IMG/VR virus record: IMGVR_UViG_3300013232_000486
Direction: 5' to 3' (one strand)
Length of the DNA: 64,000 bases
From: a virus
Lineage: Duplodnaviria; Heunggongvirae; Uroviricota; Caudoviricetes
In this document: positions 18,169 through 27,841 of the stretch, piece by piece
How the letters are laid out: every line of letters begins with the position of its first letter
Position numbering within the stretch: position 1 is the stretch's first letter
Translations under genes and position numbers: made by a program
Notes under the pieces: model-generated
The model's database searches: none
Seen by the model: only the letters and a program-made list of their open reading frames with translations
What the model was told of the DNA's origin: nothing

Positions 18169-18585
18169 TCAGAGTTTGATCCGCAGCTTTATCTTTTGCT
18201 TTTCTTTTTGCCACTGCGCGGTCGCCTTCTGCTGCTTGGCCCATTTGAGGACGCGGTTCTTCGCGTAGGCCTGGAAGAACTGCTTGTTGGCTATCTTGGA
18301 TCCGATCCCATGAGCCTTGTCGTAATCCGAGACCCAAACCTTGTACGATCCGTCTTCTTGCTTCTCGAAGCCTATGTCGTTGCTGGCAGAGCCTACGACC
18401 CGCCGACGAAGGACAACATGGGCCTTCTGAACTCGCTCGTCGCCTTGGTATCCATGCAAGGTGACGGGCTTCTCGTGAACCTCGACCATGGAGGAGTTGA
18501 ATCCGAACTCCTCCAAGGTCTCAAGCAGCGTCTGCTCGTCCTTGATGCAGACTTCTTCACTTTCCACTAGGATGTACTTTGACAT
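18169..18585 (-). CDS. DUF1257 (Ycf35-like) family protein
   Basis: MSKYILVE...LHGYQGDERVQKAHVVLRRRVVGSASNDIGFEKQEDGSYKVWVSDYD matches my recollection of the DUF1257 signature GYQGD...RR..GSASNDIGF. This rests on memory of the family, not a search. Confidence 0.5.
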   Translation of the reverse strand: MSKYILVESEEVCIKDEQTLLETLEEFGFNSSMVEVHEKPVTLHGYQGDERVQKAHVVLRRRVVGSASNDIGFEKQEDGSYKVWVSDYDKAHGIGSKIANKQFFQAYAKNRVLKWAKQQKATAQWQKEKQKIKLRIKL

Positions 18586-20167
18586 CTGTCACTTCCTCTT
18601 TTGAGGTCTTGACCATGCTGCCCATGATCGTCCCGGCGAGGGCGTCAACCATGCCAGCGCTAGAGTTCCCATTGACCATGACTTGAGGGGTGATTTGGAT
18701 CTTGCCTTCCTTGACGATGTTCAGCATCTCGAGCAAGGTAACTCCTTCCTTGCCGATGGACGCCGCCATCTTCTCGTAGGCTTCCTTCCTTGCCGCGAAG
18801 GTAATCTCGACGTACTTGGCTTGACCTTGTGCCTCGGCCTCCTTCGCCTTTGCCTTCTGCTGGGAGATCTGGACCTCGTACTGAGACGCAACCAGCAGCT
18901 TCTGTTGCTCGGCCTCCTCGGATGCCTTCACGAACTTGGCCCTCTCCTGCTGTGAACGCTCTTGTTCCTGATACATCTTCTGCTGGTTGAGGGCGACTTC
19001 GCGGTCAGTCCTCGTCTGCATTAACGACTTGATCTGAGGGTTATGGTCAAAGTCAATCTGGCCGATATAGCATCCATCGCTGTTGATCTTGAACTCCTTC
19101 ATCTTGATGTCGAAAGCCGTACTGCAATCCTGTTCCACATGAGAGCGCTGGTCAACGAACTCAAAAGCAGTAAGCTTTTCAGCCGTGTTTCTCAAGATCG
19201 TGCGAATGCAAGGGAGGATAGTCTTGGCCTCAAGGTTGCAGATCATGCCCTTGTCTTCCCCTTCGGTGACCTTGGCATCTGGATTGGCAAGCAGTCCGAC
19301 CAAATACGGCGCGTTCTCAGCGCTTACGTTCAGCGTACAGCGAATATCAACAGGGAACGTGAAGCCATCCTTCGATCGAACAAGAATAGGATCACTGATC
19401 TTCTTGTCTTCACTCTCAGCATAGTCATATACGCGGTTTGCCGTACTTACCTTGACAACCTGATATGCCTCTGGATGCATGTAGTACATGCCTGGCAGCA
19501 ATGCCGTGTCCCAAATGCCTTGCGAACCCTTCTTGACGAGGGGAACGCCATTCACCATGATGCTGCCTTCTGCTGCCAATGTCCCAGCGTTCGCCTTCAC
19601 CACAGCAACCTCGCCGACGTTCACTGTGATGGCTGAAGCTGGTTTCACGGTGAACAAGCGGGGATTGAGCCTGTACTGCCCAGGAGTCAACACGGTCAAC
19701 TGCGGACCTTTGAATCCGTTCTGGAGGAACTTTGTCGCGTTCAACATGTCCTCGACGTTCGTCCATTCTGGAGCAAAAATCTGCCCTTGAAGAGGCTTTC
19801 CGTCGGTGGTCGTGACGACTCCAACGTTTCCAGACGGAACCTCGACGATGTCGGTTTCCTCGATCTCGTACGCCCATGGCCAATACCAGAAATACCATCC
19901 CGGAGAGAGGATATCGGCTTGAGGGCCAGTCTCCCCGTTCCGCGCAACGATCTGACCAGCGGGCAACGGGGTTCCCATCTTCTTGATCACGACCCCTACC
20001 TTGTTCTCTGGAACGTATTCCATCGAAGTAAAAATGAACGCTCCAAAGGCAACCAAGGCGACCACACCAGCCACTGGAGTGATAGGTTCCTTGTCACGCC
20101 TGAAAGCGACGGCCACAACTACCGCTATCACGAAAGCGAGCAAACTCAAAACGCAAATGATTGTCAT
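18557..20167 (-). CDS. SPFH/band-7 (flotillin-like) membrane protein
   Basis: Two N-terminal transmembrane helices are followed by a band-7-like domain and then a long Glu/Ala/Gln/Lys-rich coiled coil (QQKMYQEQERSQQERAKFVKASEEAEQQKLL...). Confidence 0.7.
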   Translation of the reverse strand: MTIICVLSLLAFVIAVVVAVAFRRDKEPITPVAGVVALVAFGAFIFTSMEYVPENKVGVVIKKMGTPLPAGQIVARNGETGPQADILSPGWYFWYWPWAYEIEETDIVEVPSGNVGVVTTTDGKPLQGQIFAPEWTNVEDMLNATKFLQNGFKGPQLTVLTPGQYRLNPRLFTVKPASAITVNVGEVAVVKANAGTLAAEGSIMVNGVPLVKKGSQGIWDTALLPGMYYMHPEAYQVVKVSTANRVYDYAESEDKKISDPILVRSKDGFTFPVDIRCTLNVSAENAPYLVGLLANPDAKVTEGEDKGMICNLEAKTILPCIRTILRNTAEKLTAFEFVDQRSHVEQDCSTAFDIKMKEFKINSDGCYIGQIDFDHNPQIKSLMQTRTDREVALNQQKMYQEQERSQQERAKFVKASEEAEQQKLLVASQYEVQISQQKAKAKEAEAQGQAKYVEITFAARKEAYEKMAASIGKEGVTLLEMLNIVKEGKIQITPQVMVNGNSSAGMVDALAGTIMGSMVKTSKEEVTDVKVHPSGK

Positions 20168-20180
20168 CCTGCTTCTCCTT

Positions 20181-20372
20181 TTACTGACGCTGCTTCTGGG
20201 CGACCTTTTGCTTGTAGAACTCGGCCTTCCGAGTCTCCTTGGACGCCCCAGTCCCCAACTGCTTGGCGAGTTCGTTCAGTAACTCGCATTCCTTCCCTTC
20301 AAACCCATGACCATCAATGACGATCGAGCCGTCCTCGTTGATCACGATTTCAATCGTCCTTGGAGCCCTCAT
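20181..20372 (-). CDS. DUF2997 family small protein
   Basis: A 63-aa protein RTIEIVINEDGSIVIDGHGFEGKECELLNELAKQLG resembles the DUF2997 pattern as I remember it. Confidence 0.45.
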   Translation of the reverse strand: MRAPRTIEIVINEDGSIVIDGHGFEGKECELLNELAKQLGTGASKETRKAEFYKQKVAQKQRQ

Positions 20373-21471
20373 TCAGCACCTCGTATTCTTTGCTCAACCT
20401 TCTGTCCTCTCGCTTGCGCTCTGGACGGAAAGCTGGGATCGGAAGAGGCCTCAACGACGTAGGCTCGTCCTCGCCCATCACTCTTTCAAGGAACCTATGC
20501 ATCTCTTTCGACAAATCCTCTTTATCCATAAGTCTGGACGCCAACTCCAGCCTATGGCACTCGGCCATCACAACCAACGGCCAATGAGCATAGTGATTGC
20601 CCTCTGTCAACTCCCTGATGGAATGGTAGAAACGGTTGTCATTGGAGAACAATGCCACTCTGCGCTTCTTCCCCTCTCCAGCCCTCTCAAGCTTGCTGAC
20701 ACCAGCCGAGGCGATCCTACATCGCTCAAAGTCACATCCGCAAGACCACGTGACGCACAAAACCCTGGCCCAACTGCACAGGAAACCTATAATCGCATGA
20801 GCGTCGGTAGTCAAGAGGAGTCTTCGAAGAAGTTCGTGGGCCAGCCCATGTTCATTGAAGGCGATCCTGCCAGTCAAGTCGTAAAGGATGGCCTCGCCTT
20901 CGGCGGAACAGATCTGGTCTATGTCTTCCTTCGTTACCCTTCCGTCTTCGGAACATGCTCTTAGTTTTTTCATCTCGTTCGTGAGCATGTCATGATTCGG
21001 ACCGCAAAGTTGCGCGAGCGAAAAGCAACACTCGCCGTCCATACGGATGCCAAGCTGCGTTGCTCTTTGAGCGATGAAATCAGTACGTTCCTTTGGCTTG
21101 ATAATGTCCTTGGACTCGTCAAGGCAGAACTTCTTTTCGTCCTTCTTGGCCTTCGTGTACAAGGAAGTGGTCTTCAGAATCGGGGCCATGATGACGAGAA
21201 GTATGCCGTCTGGTATTTCTTCGAGCCCCTTCGCGATCTTTTGATGGAACGATGGCAGTCCTTGACAACAGACTACCTTTCCTTCCGAAAACATGGACGG
21301 GATGCCTATCTCGCGCAGCAACGACAACTCGGCTTCTTCTGGTGACGTGAAATCAGACTCGTCCCACGAGATCCAATTCCAAGTAGACAATTGATCTGCC
21401 TTGACCTTGCCCAACTTGGCCCTTGCAAGGGCCAAGTCGGACGTGTCAAGCCACCAGAATTTTCGATCCAT
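20350..21471 (-). CDS. DNA polymerase III delta (HolA)-like clamp-loader subunit (tentative)
   Basis: A stretch SMFSEGKVVCCQGLPSF...ILLVIMAPILKTTSLYTKAKK resembles the delta motifs SLFg-rlVvv / P-tvLvl...D-r-K. The gene sits next to dnaN. Confidence 0.4.
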   Translation of the reverse strand: MDRKFWWLDTSDLALARAKLGKVKADQLSTWNWISWDESDFTSPEEAELSLLREIGIPSMFSEGKVVCCQGLPSFHQKIAKGLEEIPDGILLVIMAPILKTTSLYTKAKKDEKKFCLDESKDIIKPKERTDFIAQRATQLGIRMDGECCFSLAQLCGPNHDMLTNEMKKLRACSEDGRVTKEDIDQICSAEGEAILYDLTGRIAFNEHGLAHELLRRLLLTTDAHAIIGFLCSWARVLCVTWSCGCDFERCRIASAGVSKLERAGEGKKRRVALFSNDNRFYHSIRELTEGNHYAHWPLVVMAECHRLELASRLMDKEDLSKEMHRFLERVMGEDEPTSLRPLPIPAFRPERKREDRRLSKEYEVLNEGSKDD

Positions 21472-21662
21472 CGTAGACCCTTATTCTTCGCCCCAGATGG
21501 ACTTCCACGTCAAAACCATCCCGACGATCCACATCACGAGCAAGAGAAGTCCACACCTTCCAACGTCTTCGCGAGGAGCGAAAAGGTACGTGACCAAGGA
21601 GCCGCCTACGAAAGCGACTCCTACTAGCAATGAGGTGATCCTTTTTATGCTCATTTCGTCCC

Positions 21663-22907
21663 CTACTTGAACGGCTGGAAGTAGAATTCCAGGCCCTTCC
21701 CGAGGTCAAACTTGGCCATGGTGGACTTGCCAGACATCTTGAGCGTGACGCTGTCCTCGAGCGCGGTTGAAATTCCAAGGCTCAAGTGTCTGCTCGACAC
21801 GTCCATCTCGATGTCTTGCGCCTCTTCTGGCTTCGTGAATACCAGGTCGTTCACGGAAACGAAGCGCTTGGCCTTGCCCTTATCGGTGACCTTGCGAAGC
21901 CCGATCTCGCTTCGGTCCTTGGAGAGTTCAAGGCGAGTTCGGACTTGCTCGAACACGTCGAAGGACTTGATCGACTGCTCCATCTCGGCCTTGTTGATGC
22001 GACATGTCGCGATCCAACTGAGCTTTGACAGGACACGGTCGAAGTTGGGGAAGGCGTCAGAGATGGACGTAATCTTGTAACGGGCCTCCCCGTTCTCCTT
22101 GTTAAGGAAGCGCAACGGCTGAGAAACGAAGGCGCAGACTGGCTTTCCTTCTGAAAGCTGGATGGCCACCGTGTCGGCCTCTTCCCCGCCAAGCATGCCG
22201 ATAGCCTTGGCCAAAATGTCGTACGGGAGGAGAACAGACGCGGACTTCTTGACCTCCGCCTCAAACTTAGCCAGACTCAACTGCTGGCCGTTCGTCGTGA
22301 CCATGGTCACGATGCCATCCTTGGCCGAAATGCTGACATTGGCCAACTCAGCGGCCATGTTAGCCTTTCCAGCGGACACACCGACCTTCTTGTAGTAGTC
22401 CTTGAACATCGCGCCCTTGATCACGATCGCTGGATCGGGCGCTGGCATAACCACGTTCACCTTGCGCTCGACGCAAGACAGACTGACCTCCTCGAAGTCC
22501 TTGCCTCGCTCAGACTTGATGCTCAACTGCCCAATCGTCTTTTCCTTTGGTTCCTCGTCCGTCTCGGCGTCGTCCGTCTCGACTGGAGCAGCGACTTGGG
22601 CGTCGGCGGGAGCGGGTTCAAACTCGATGGACAAGTTCGACTTGCCCTCAAGGCTTGAGATGGCATCGATGAGCATCTTTCCAGTCACCGACACGTTACC
22701 TTCGCTGATGATCTTCAGGATGTTCTCGCCGTCTGACTTGGCGTCAAGCTTGACTTGGCAAGCCAGGTTGTCGCTATGGACGGATAGATACAAGCCGTCC
22801 TTCTCGACCTTGATGCCAATCAAGCTGCCAATGTCACTGGTATCCAAAGCGGAGGCCACGCGACCAAGCCCAGCGACCAAGTAATTACGGAAGATCTCGA
22901 CCTTCAT
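21663..22907 (-). CDS. dnaN: DNA polymerase III beta subunit (sliding clamp)
   Basis: The N-terminus MKVEIFRNYLVAGLGRVASAL...IGIKVEKDGLYLSVHSDNLACQVKL parallels E. coli DnaN. DAFPNFDRVLSKLSWIATCRINKAEMEQSIK parallels DGRFPDYRRVLPKNPDKHLEAGCDLLKQAF. An acidic insertion is present. Confidence 0.8.
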   Translation of the reverse strand: MKVEIFRNYLVAGLGRVASALDTSDIGSLIGIKVEKDGLYLSVHSDNLACQVKLDAKSDGENILKIISEGNVSVTGKMLIDAISSLEGKSNLSIEFEPAPADAQVAAPVETDDAETDEEPKEKTIGQLSIKSERGKDFEEVSLSCVERKVNVVMPAPDPAIVIKGAMFKDYYKKVGVSAGKANMAAELANVSISAKDGIVTMVTTNGQQLSLAKFEAEVKKSASVLLPYDILAKAIGMLGGEEADTVAIQLSEGKPVCAFVSQPLRFLNKENGEARYKITSISDAFPNFDRVLSKLSWIATCRINKAEMEQSIKSFDVFEQVRTRLELSKDRSEIGLRKVTDKGKAKRFVSVNDLVFTKPEEAQDIEMDVSSRHLSLGISTALEDSVTLKMSGKSTMAKFDLGKGLEFYFQPFK

Positions 22908-22940
22908 GCAAAGTCTCCTTGTCTGATTGGTTTCGTCCTA

Positions 22941-23858
22941 CTACGAAATCGGGTTTTTCAGCTTAAGCTTGCCAGACTTGGCTTTCTGCTTCTTTGATGT
23001 CTTGGTCTTCGCGACCTTGTTGCCCTTTGCTTTGAGTAAATTCTCGTGTGAAGCAGCACACGTAGAGGCCAAGGATTCGGACAAAGACGGAACGATCCCC
23101 TCTTTGACGAGGATGTCCACGTCGTTTGGATTTCCACCTTCAACCAAGAACCCCTTCTCGCAGTTCTCGATTTCCTCTTCTCTGGCTCCAGACACGAAAT
23201 GACGGCTGGACACCTTGGCGGACTTGGCGATTCCGATCACCTTTCCTGAGGCCTCGTACCCGTCAATGGACTCGACGCGTACGTAATTCGTCCAGAAGCG
23301 AACGATGTCCCCCTTGCCGAGTGACCCGTAGTAGGTTCCGATGGTACGGCCACCGCTCTTGATGACGATTCCTTGATGGTTGTAGTCAAGGGCATTGGCG
23401 ACGTACTTCCTGTTGGCATGCTCGATGGCCTTCTGCTCCACGTATTCGGTATACGCCTGCTCGTTTTCCATGATTCCGATCCACGTCTGGAAAGGCATGT
23501 CTTGAGCGCCATGCTCCTTGCAGTCGTCAAACGCCGTGGCTCCTTCGACGCCAGCCTTGTACGACTCCACGATCAAGGTTACGTTAATGGCGTTTTGGGT
23601 AACGGGGCGCGAGGTTTGGCCGCCCGCAAGCTGGCTTTCAACACCGTAAGTGAACTCCATGCTCGTTACTTTCGGCCAAAACAAGGACAAGGTCTCGGCC
23701 ATCAGCTTCTCGTCCCACAGCGCGGTAGAGGTTTTGTGGTGTTCCCACCCCTTGACGTATGCGGCCTTCATGGCAGCGTATACGCGATTGTTATCCATCA
23801 CGTTCTTGATCATCGGAATCTCCTCGCCATTTAGGCACAAGATCAGCACGGACTTCAA
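22941..23858 (-). CDS. hypothetical protein with a Lys-rich C-terminal tail
   Basis: 305-aa ORF. Confidence 0.45.
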   Translation of the reverse strand: MKSVLILCLNGEEIPMIKNVMDNNRVYAAMKAAYVKGWEHHKTSTALWDEKLMAETLSLFWPKVTSMEFTYGVESQLAGGQTSRPVTQNAINVTLIVESYKAGVEGATAFDDCKEHGAQDMPFQTWIGIMENEQAYTEYVEQKAIEHANRKYVANALDYNHQGIVIKSGGRTIGTYYGSLGKGDIVRFWTNYVRVESIDGYEASGKVIGIAKSAKVSSRHFVSGAREEEIENCEKGFLVEGGNPNDVDILVKEGIVPSLSESLASTCAASHENLLKAKGNKVAKTKTSKKQKAKSGKLKLKNPIS

Positions 23859-23984
23859 CGAGGAGAATGATAATGGTTTCTATTGCTGGTGCAAGTCTTT
23901 TTCTGTCCAAATTTTGGCGAGAGAACCACAAGGTCTTCGTCCTCGCTGATGAATCGCCAACATGCAAATAAAACACGTACTTTA

Positions 23985-25230
23985 ACAAGGAGTCTAGTAT
24001 TCAGCCATATAATACTAGGACATGAGGTTAAAGTCTTACAAGTATCGGATTTACCCATCCAAGAAGCAAGCCTGCGACATCCGCAAAGCTTGCGGATGTC
24101 GCAGATTCATCTACAACTGGGGCCTTGATCAGAAGCGACTTGCCTATCAACGAGGAGAGAAACTGACGGCCATTGACCTTGCCAACAAGCTACCAAACCT
24201 GAAGAAGGAACTTCCTTGGCTCAAAACCGATGCAAATGCACAAAGCCTACAAACCACACTCAGGGACTTGGATGTCGCCTTCACTCGGTTCTTCAAAAAA
24301 CTTGGAGATTTCCCAACCTACAAAAAGAAACACAAGTCAAAAGAGTCTTTTCACGTCCCCCAAAGTTTCAAGGTGAACCTAGAAAATAAGGTTTTGACAT
24401 TGCCCAAGATAGGTAACGTCAAAACCATCTTCGACCGCATTCCCGAGGGCAAGTCAAAGTCCATAACGATTTCCATGTCCAGAACGGGCAAGTTCTTCGC
24501 CTCGATCCTAGTTGAACAAGATATCAATAACCCAGAACCAAAGCCCATTGCCCCAGAAACGACCATTGGTATCGACGTTGGAATCAAATCGTTCGCGGTG
24601 TGTTCGGATGGCAGGACGTTTGACAATCCCAAGAACCTTCGTAAAGCAATGTCAAAAATCAAGTTCCTTTCAAGACAACACTCCAAGAAGACCAAGGGAG
24701 GAAAAAATAGAGAAAAAGCAAGGCTACGCCTCGCCAAGCAACACGAGAATGTGACGAACCGAAGGAACGATTGCCTTCACAAGACCTCTCATCAACTGGC
24801 CAACGAGAACCAAGTTGGAACGATCTGCATTGAGGACTTGAACGTCAAGGGCATGTTCAAGAACCGTAGGCTCGCAGGAGCAATCGCCGATTGTTCCTGG
24901 AGCGAGTTCTTCAGGCTGCTTGAGTACAAGTGTAAGTGGAGAGGAATCCGACTGGTCAAGATCGGTCGATTCGAGCCATCCTCCAAGCTTTGCCCTTGTG
25001 GGTTCAAGAACGACACATTGACCTTGGCTGACAGGTCATGGACTTGCCCGCGATGCGGGCAAGTCCATGACCGTGACATGTTGGCAGCGAACAACATCAA
25101 GAGGTTTGGGTTGGCTAAGGAAATGGCGGCAGGCACTGCCGTCAAAAGCTTGGGGAGCTGTCGGGTTGTAACACCGAAGCGTTGAACCAAGAAACTCACC
25201 CTAAACTGGTGGGTGGTCCATGATTTCCGA
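23985..25230 (+). mobile_element. IS200/IS605-family insertion sequence, IS1341-type (tnpB only); boundaries approximate
   Basis: A tnpB ORF runs opposite to all flanking genes. A subterminal hairpin CTAGTATT(9 nt)AATACTAG at 23994-24018 lies just 5' of tnpB. A 3' hairpin CACCC(9 nt)GGGTG at 25197-25215 lies after the tnpB stop. Confidence 0.65.
24022..25185 (+). CDS. tnpB: TnpB (OrfB) RNA-guided endonuclease/transposase accessory protein
   Basis: MRLKSYKYRIYPSKKQ start, a RuvC-like TTIGIDVGIKSFAV (D), a CIEDLNVKGM region (E), and a zinc finger CPCG...CPRCG ahead of the final catalytic block. Confidence 0.9.
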   Translation: MRLKSYKYRIYPSKKQACDIRKACGCRRFIYNWGLDQKRLAYQRGEKLTAIDLANKLPNLKKELPWLKTDANAQSLQTTLRDLDVAFTRFFKKLGDFPTYKKKHKSKESFHVPQSFKVNLENKVLTLPKIGNVKTIFDRIPEGKSKSITISMSRTGKFFASILVEQDINNPEPKPIAPETTIGIDVGIKSFAVCSDGRTFDNPKNLRKAMSKIKFLSRQHSKKTKGGKNREKARLRLAKQHENVTNRRNDCLHKTSHQLANENQVGTICIEDLNVKGMFKNRRLAGAIADCSWSEFFRLLEYKCKWRGIRLVKIGRFEPSSKLCPCGFKNDTLTLADRSWTCPRCGQVHDRDMLAANNIKRFGLAKEMAAGTAVKSLGSCRVVTPKR

Positions 25231-25971
25231 CAGATCTATGAGACGTTTGCGTTTTCGATAAGAAGGATGTGCTTTAATCAAATCTATAGCTTTTTTCTTC
25301 ACGCGACAAAGTGCATTATCTATGGTCTTGCAGCCGACCCGCCCTCTGCCACGGCGCTTCTTGTTCATCCATTTCACTATGTCGACGTACGACATGTTCT
25401 TCAAGTACAAGGCGAAGACCTGGGTCTCTAGCTCGGTCAGCTTGGATAGCAAAACCTCACGCATCTTCTTGAAGTTCTCGTCCTTTATGAACTTCTCGAT
25501 AAGACCGTCATGTTGGGGCTGTTTCATCTTGCCAGTGACGCGATCAAGCCCCTCGGACATGAAGCCGCCCACGGCTATAGGTCCTTCATCGTCACCTTCC
25601 GAGTCTGAAACGGGATGATCTAAGGAAACAGCCCCGTTCAAGGGGCCGTTTCTCTTGCTATTGGCACTTTTTAATATCGTGATTATATGACGCTGAATGC
25701 ACAGTTTGGCGAACGATAGGAATGGGCCTTTTTCTTCCACATAGTCTGGAATCGCCTTGGTAGCAAGCGCGTACAGGGCTTCCTGGTATATGTCATCTGA
25801 ATTGCATCCAGCCACGAAGAAGAACTTGCGATATACGAGGTGTTGAAGGTAACCCTCCAACGCGCTGACGATAATCGCGAAGGCCTCCTGGTCCTCCGTC
25901 TGCCGATAGAGGCGGACGTGAACCAAGATCTTCTCGTTTTCCTTCTGTTGATCTTTCTTCAGACGACCCAT
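25201..25971 (-). CDS. RNA polymerase sigma factor (sigma-70 family, regions 2 and 4)
   Basis: Region 2-like DQEAFAIIVSALEGYLQHLVYRKF...YQEALYALATKAI..FLSFAKLCIQRHI. Region 4 helix-turn-helix LTELETQVFALYLKNMSYVDIVKWMN...KTIDNALCRVKKKA. Confidence 0.7.
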   Translation of the reverse strand: MGRLKKDQQKENEKILVHVRLYRQTEDQEAFAIIVSALEGYLQHLVYRKFFFVAGCNSDDIYQEALYALATKAIPDYVEEKGPFLSFAKLCIQRHIITILKSANSKRNGPLNGAVSLDHPVSDSEGDDEGPIAVGGFMSEGLDRVTGKMKQPQHDGLIEKFIKDENFKKMREVLLSKLTELETQVFALYLKNMSYVDIVKWMNKKRRGRGRVGCKTIDNALCRVKKKAIDLIKAHPSYRKRKRLIDLSEIMDHPPV

Positions 25972-26003
25972 GCAAGGTGTCCCAGCCTTCTATACCTATA
26001 ATA

Positions 26004-27164
26004 CTACGTTTTAGACGCCTGACTGTTCTTTAATGCGAATTGAAATTGTAAGATATCGTCCAGCATGGCGATCCAAACCACGTCCAAGAGGTTCTGCGGC
26101 TGGGTATTGTATACCACCAGCTTTGACGCCCAGTTGATCGTATCCACCCATTTCCGCATGACTTGCTTCACGTGAAGGCTGTTCGCCGAGACCCCTATGA
26201 AAGTAGCACAATTACCGTTAATCTGACGAAAAGTATCCATGTCTTGCTGCGTGTATCCGTAGTTAGAACCGTCGAACGACTTCGACATCGAACACATCAC
26301 GTCATGAACGCATTCGGCCACCATGGACAAGAACTCCTCGGGGCGAACCCCCGTGGAGATCACCGCCGCGCTGGACTTGAGGCCAGAAGCGAAGTCCTTC
26401 CTTGACACGCTCGAGACGAATTCCCTGGCCGCATCCGCCGAAGGGATTCCAAGCTGAGACGAGACGGACGTCGGAGTGACCTCCTCTTCGGTGGAAAACA
26501 CGTGCTCAAGCGAGGTTATGGCTTGCCGCATGCTGCCCTTGGCGCTGCTGGCAATCATCTTCAACACCTCGTCGCTCGCCTTGTAGCCCTCCTTTTCGGC
26601 GATGGACTTGATGGCTCCGAAGATTTCTGGAGTGGTCAACTCTCTGAAAGTCAAGGTCGTACAACGCGTCTTGATGGTTTCCTGGACGAGATCTCCCTCG
26701 GTCGTACAGAAGATGAAGATGACGTGTGGGGGTGGTTCCTCAATGACCTTGAGCAAGGCTTGCCAGGCGTCTTTGGTCAATCCATGACATTCGTCGATGA
26801 TCCAGATCTTGTAGCGCATGTTGATCGGAGGGAAATCTGCGCTCTTCTTGATCTCTCTTGCGTTATCAATGCCACGGTTCGAAGCTGCGTCGATCTCCGT
26901 GACGTCAATGCCGCTTCTTCCAGAGAAGATCTGCTTGACGTTCTCGTCCTCCACGTTCGGGATCAACGTGGGTCCATTGGTGTCGCAGAGCATGGCGGAG
27001 AAGATCCTGGCTATGGTCGTCTTGCCAGTTCCAGCTCCACCGATGTAAAGGTACGAGTGAGAAATTTCTTTGCGCTTGATCTGTCCCCTCAAGACGCGCT
27101 TAACGGCGTCTTGCCCGACGATCATCTCAAGGCTCAGCGGTCGGTACTTGTTGTAGAGAGCCAT
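26004..27164 (-). CDS. dnaX: DNA polymerase III gamma/tau subunit (clamp loader)
   Basis: KYRPLSLEMIVGQDAVKRVL...YLYIGGAGTGKTTIARIFSAMLC, a DEAH-like IIDECHGLT, and sensor motifs. Confidence 0.9.
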   Translation of the reverse strand: MALYNKYRPLSLEMIVGQDAVKRVLRGQIKRKEISHSYLYIGGAGTGKTTIARIFSAMLCDTNGPTLIPNVEDENVKQIFSGRSGIDVTEIDAASNRGIDNAREIKKSADFPPINMRYKIWIIDECHGLTKDAWQALLKVIEEPPPHVIFIFCTTEGDLVQETIKTRCTTLTFRELTTPEIFGAIKSIAEKEGYKASDEVLKMIASSAKGSMRQAITSLEHVFSTEEEVTPTSVSSQLGIPSADAAREFVSSVSRKDFASGLKSSAAVISTGVRPEEFLSMVAECVHDVMCSMSKSFDGSNYGYTQQDMDTFRQINGNCATFIGVSANSLHVKQVMRKWVDTINWASKLVVYNTQPQNLLDVVWIAMLDDILQFQFALKNSQASKT

Positions 27165-27838
27165 CTTTGCAAGTTCTCCTTAATCTGATCTCTAATCTGC
27201 TCTCTGGTCGTCCCGCCGTCGTTAATTACGACGGCATCGAACTCTATGTCATGCTGGAGTTCCGAACGATGCGAATCTCCAGTCTTCTTGATCCTCTGGG
27301 GACCCTTGATCCCCCAAACAACCCCGCCCCAAGACCGTACTTCCTCAACCTCGTTGTCAAACCGAACGTCCGTTACGACAGAGTATAGCGGAACGTCCTG
27401 GTCAAATCCAGCACGATTACAGCACTGAGCCCAGATTTCGTCTATCCTATTGTGCATAGCGTTGAGCCAGATGTTGTTACCCCACACGTCTCGGCCAAGT
27501 TCGGTTCCAAGCGTCTGTAGGATCTCCCTGACCGACATTCGGCCCTTCTTGTCGTGTTTGAAGGGCATCCTCTCCCAGAGGTAGTCGGTTAGCGTATTCT
27601 TGTCCTCGTCAGATCCATACGCCAACGCTCGTGGGATCCCCAAGTTCTTGATGGCGTAGTCTTTGATCGGGTCGGCCAAGGCCATGAGGTTGACGTACCC
27701 TGACCCTTGCGTCTCGATGATGTATTCCCTGAGCTGATTGCCGACGAAGTCCTTGCCGACTCCCTTGCTTCCGTAAATGCCGATGATTCGACTTCTGTTA
27801 ATGCCATAAGGCTCAACGACTCGAGGCCCTTTGCTCAT
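27134..27838 (-). CDS. deoxynucleoside monophosphate kinase
   Basis: P-loop IIGIYGSKGVGKDFV plus an overall layout like T4 gp1-type dNMP kinases. Confidence 0.6.
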   Translation of the reverse strand: MSKGPRVVEPYGINRSRIIGIYGSKGVGKDFVGNQLREYIIETQGSGYVNLMALADPIKDYAIKNLGIPRALAYGSDEDKNTLTDYLWERMPFKHDKKGRMSVREILQTLGTELGRDVWGNNIWLNAMHNRIDEIWAQCCNRAGFDQDVPLYSVVTDVRFDNEVEEVRSWGGVVWGIKGPQRIKKTGDSHRSELQHDIEFDAVVINDGGTTREQIRDQIKENLQRWLSTTSTDR

Positions 27839-27841
27839 GGA

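Noticed and set aside
20350-21471. Calling this gene holA with confidence
   Set aside because: Only a short stretch resembles delta-subunit motifs. Kept as a tentative call only.
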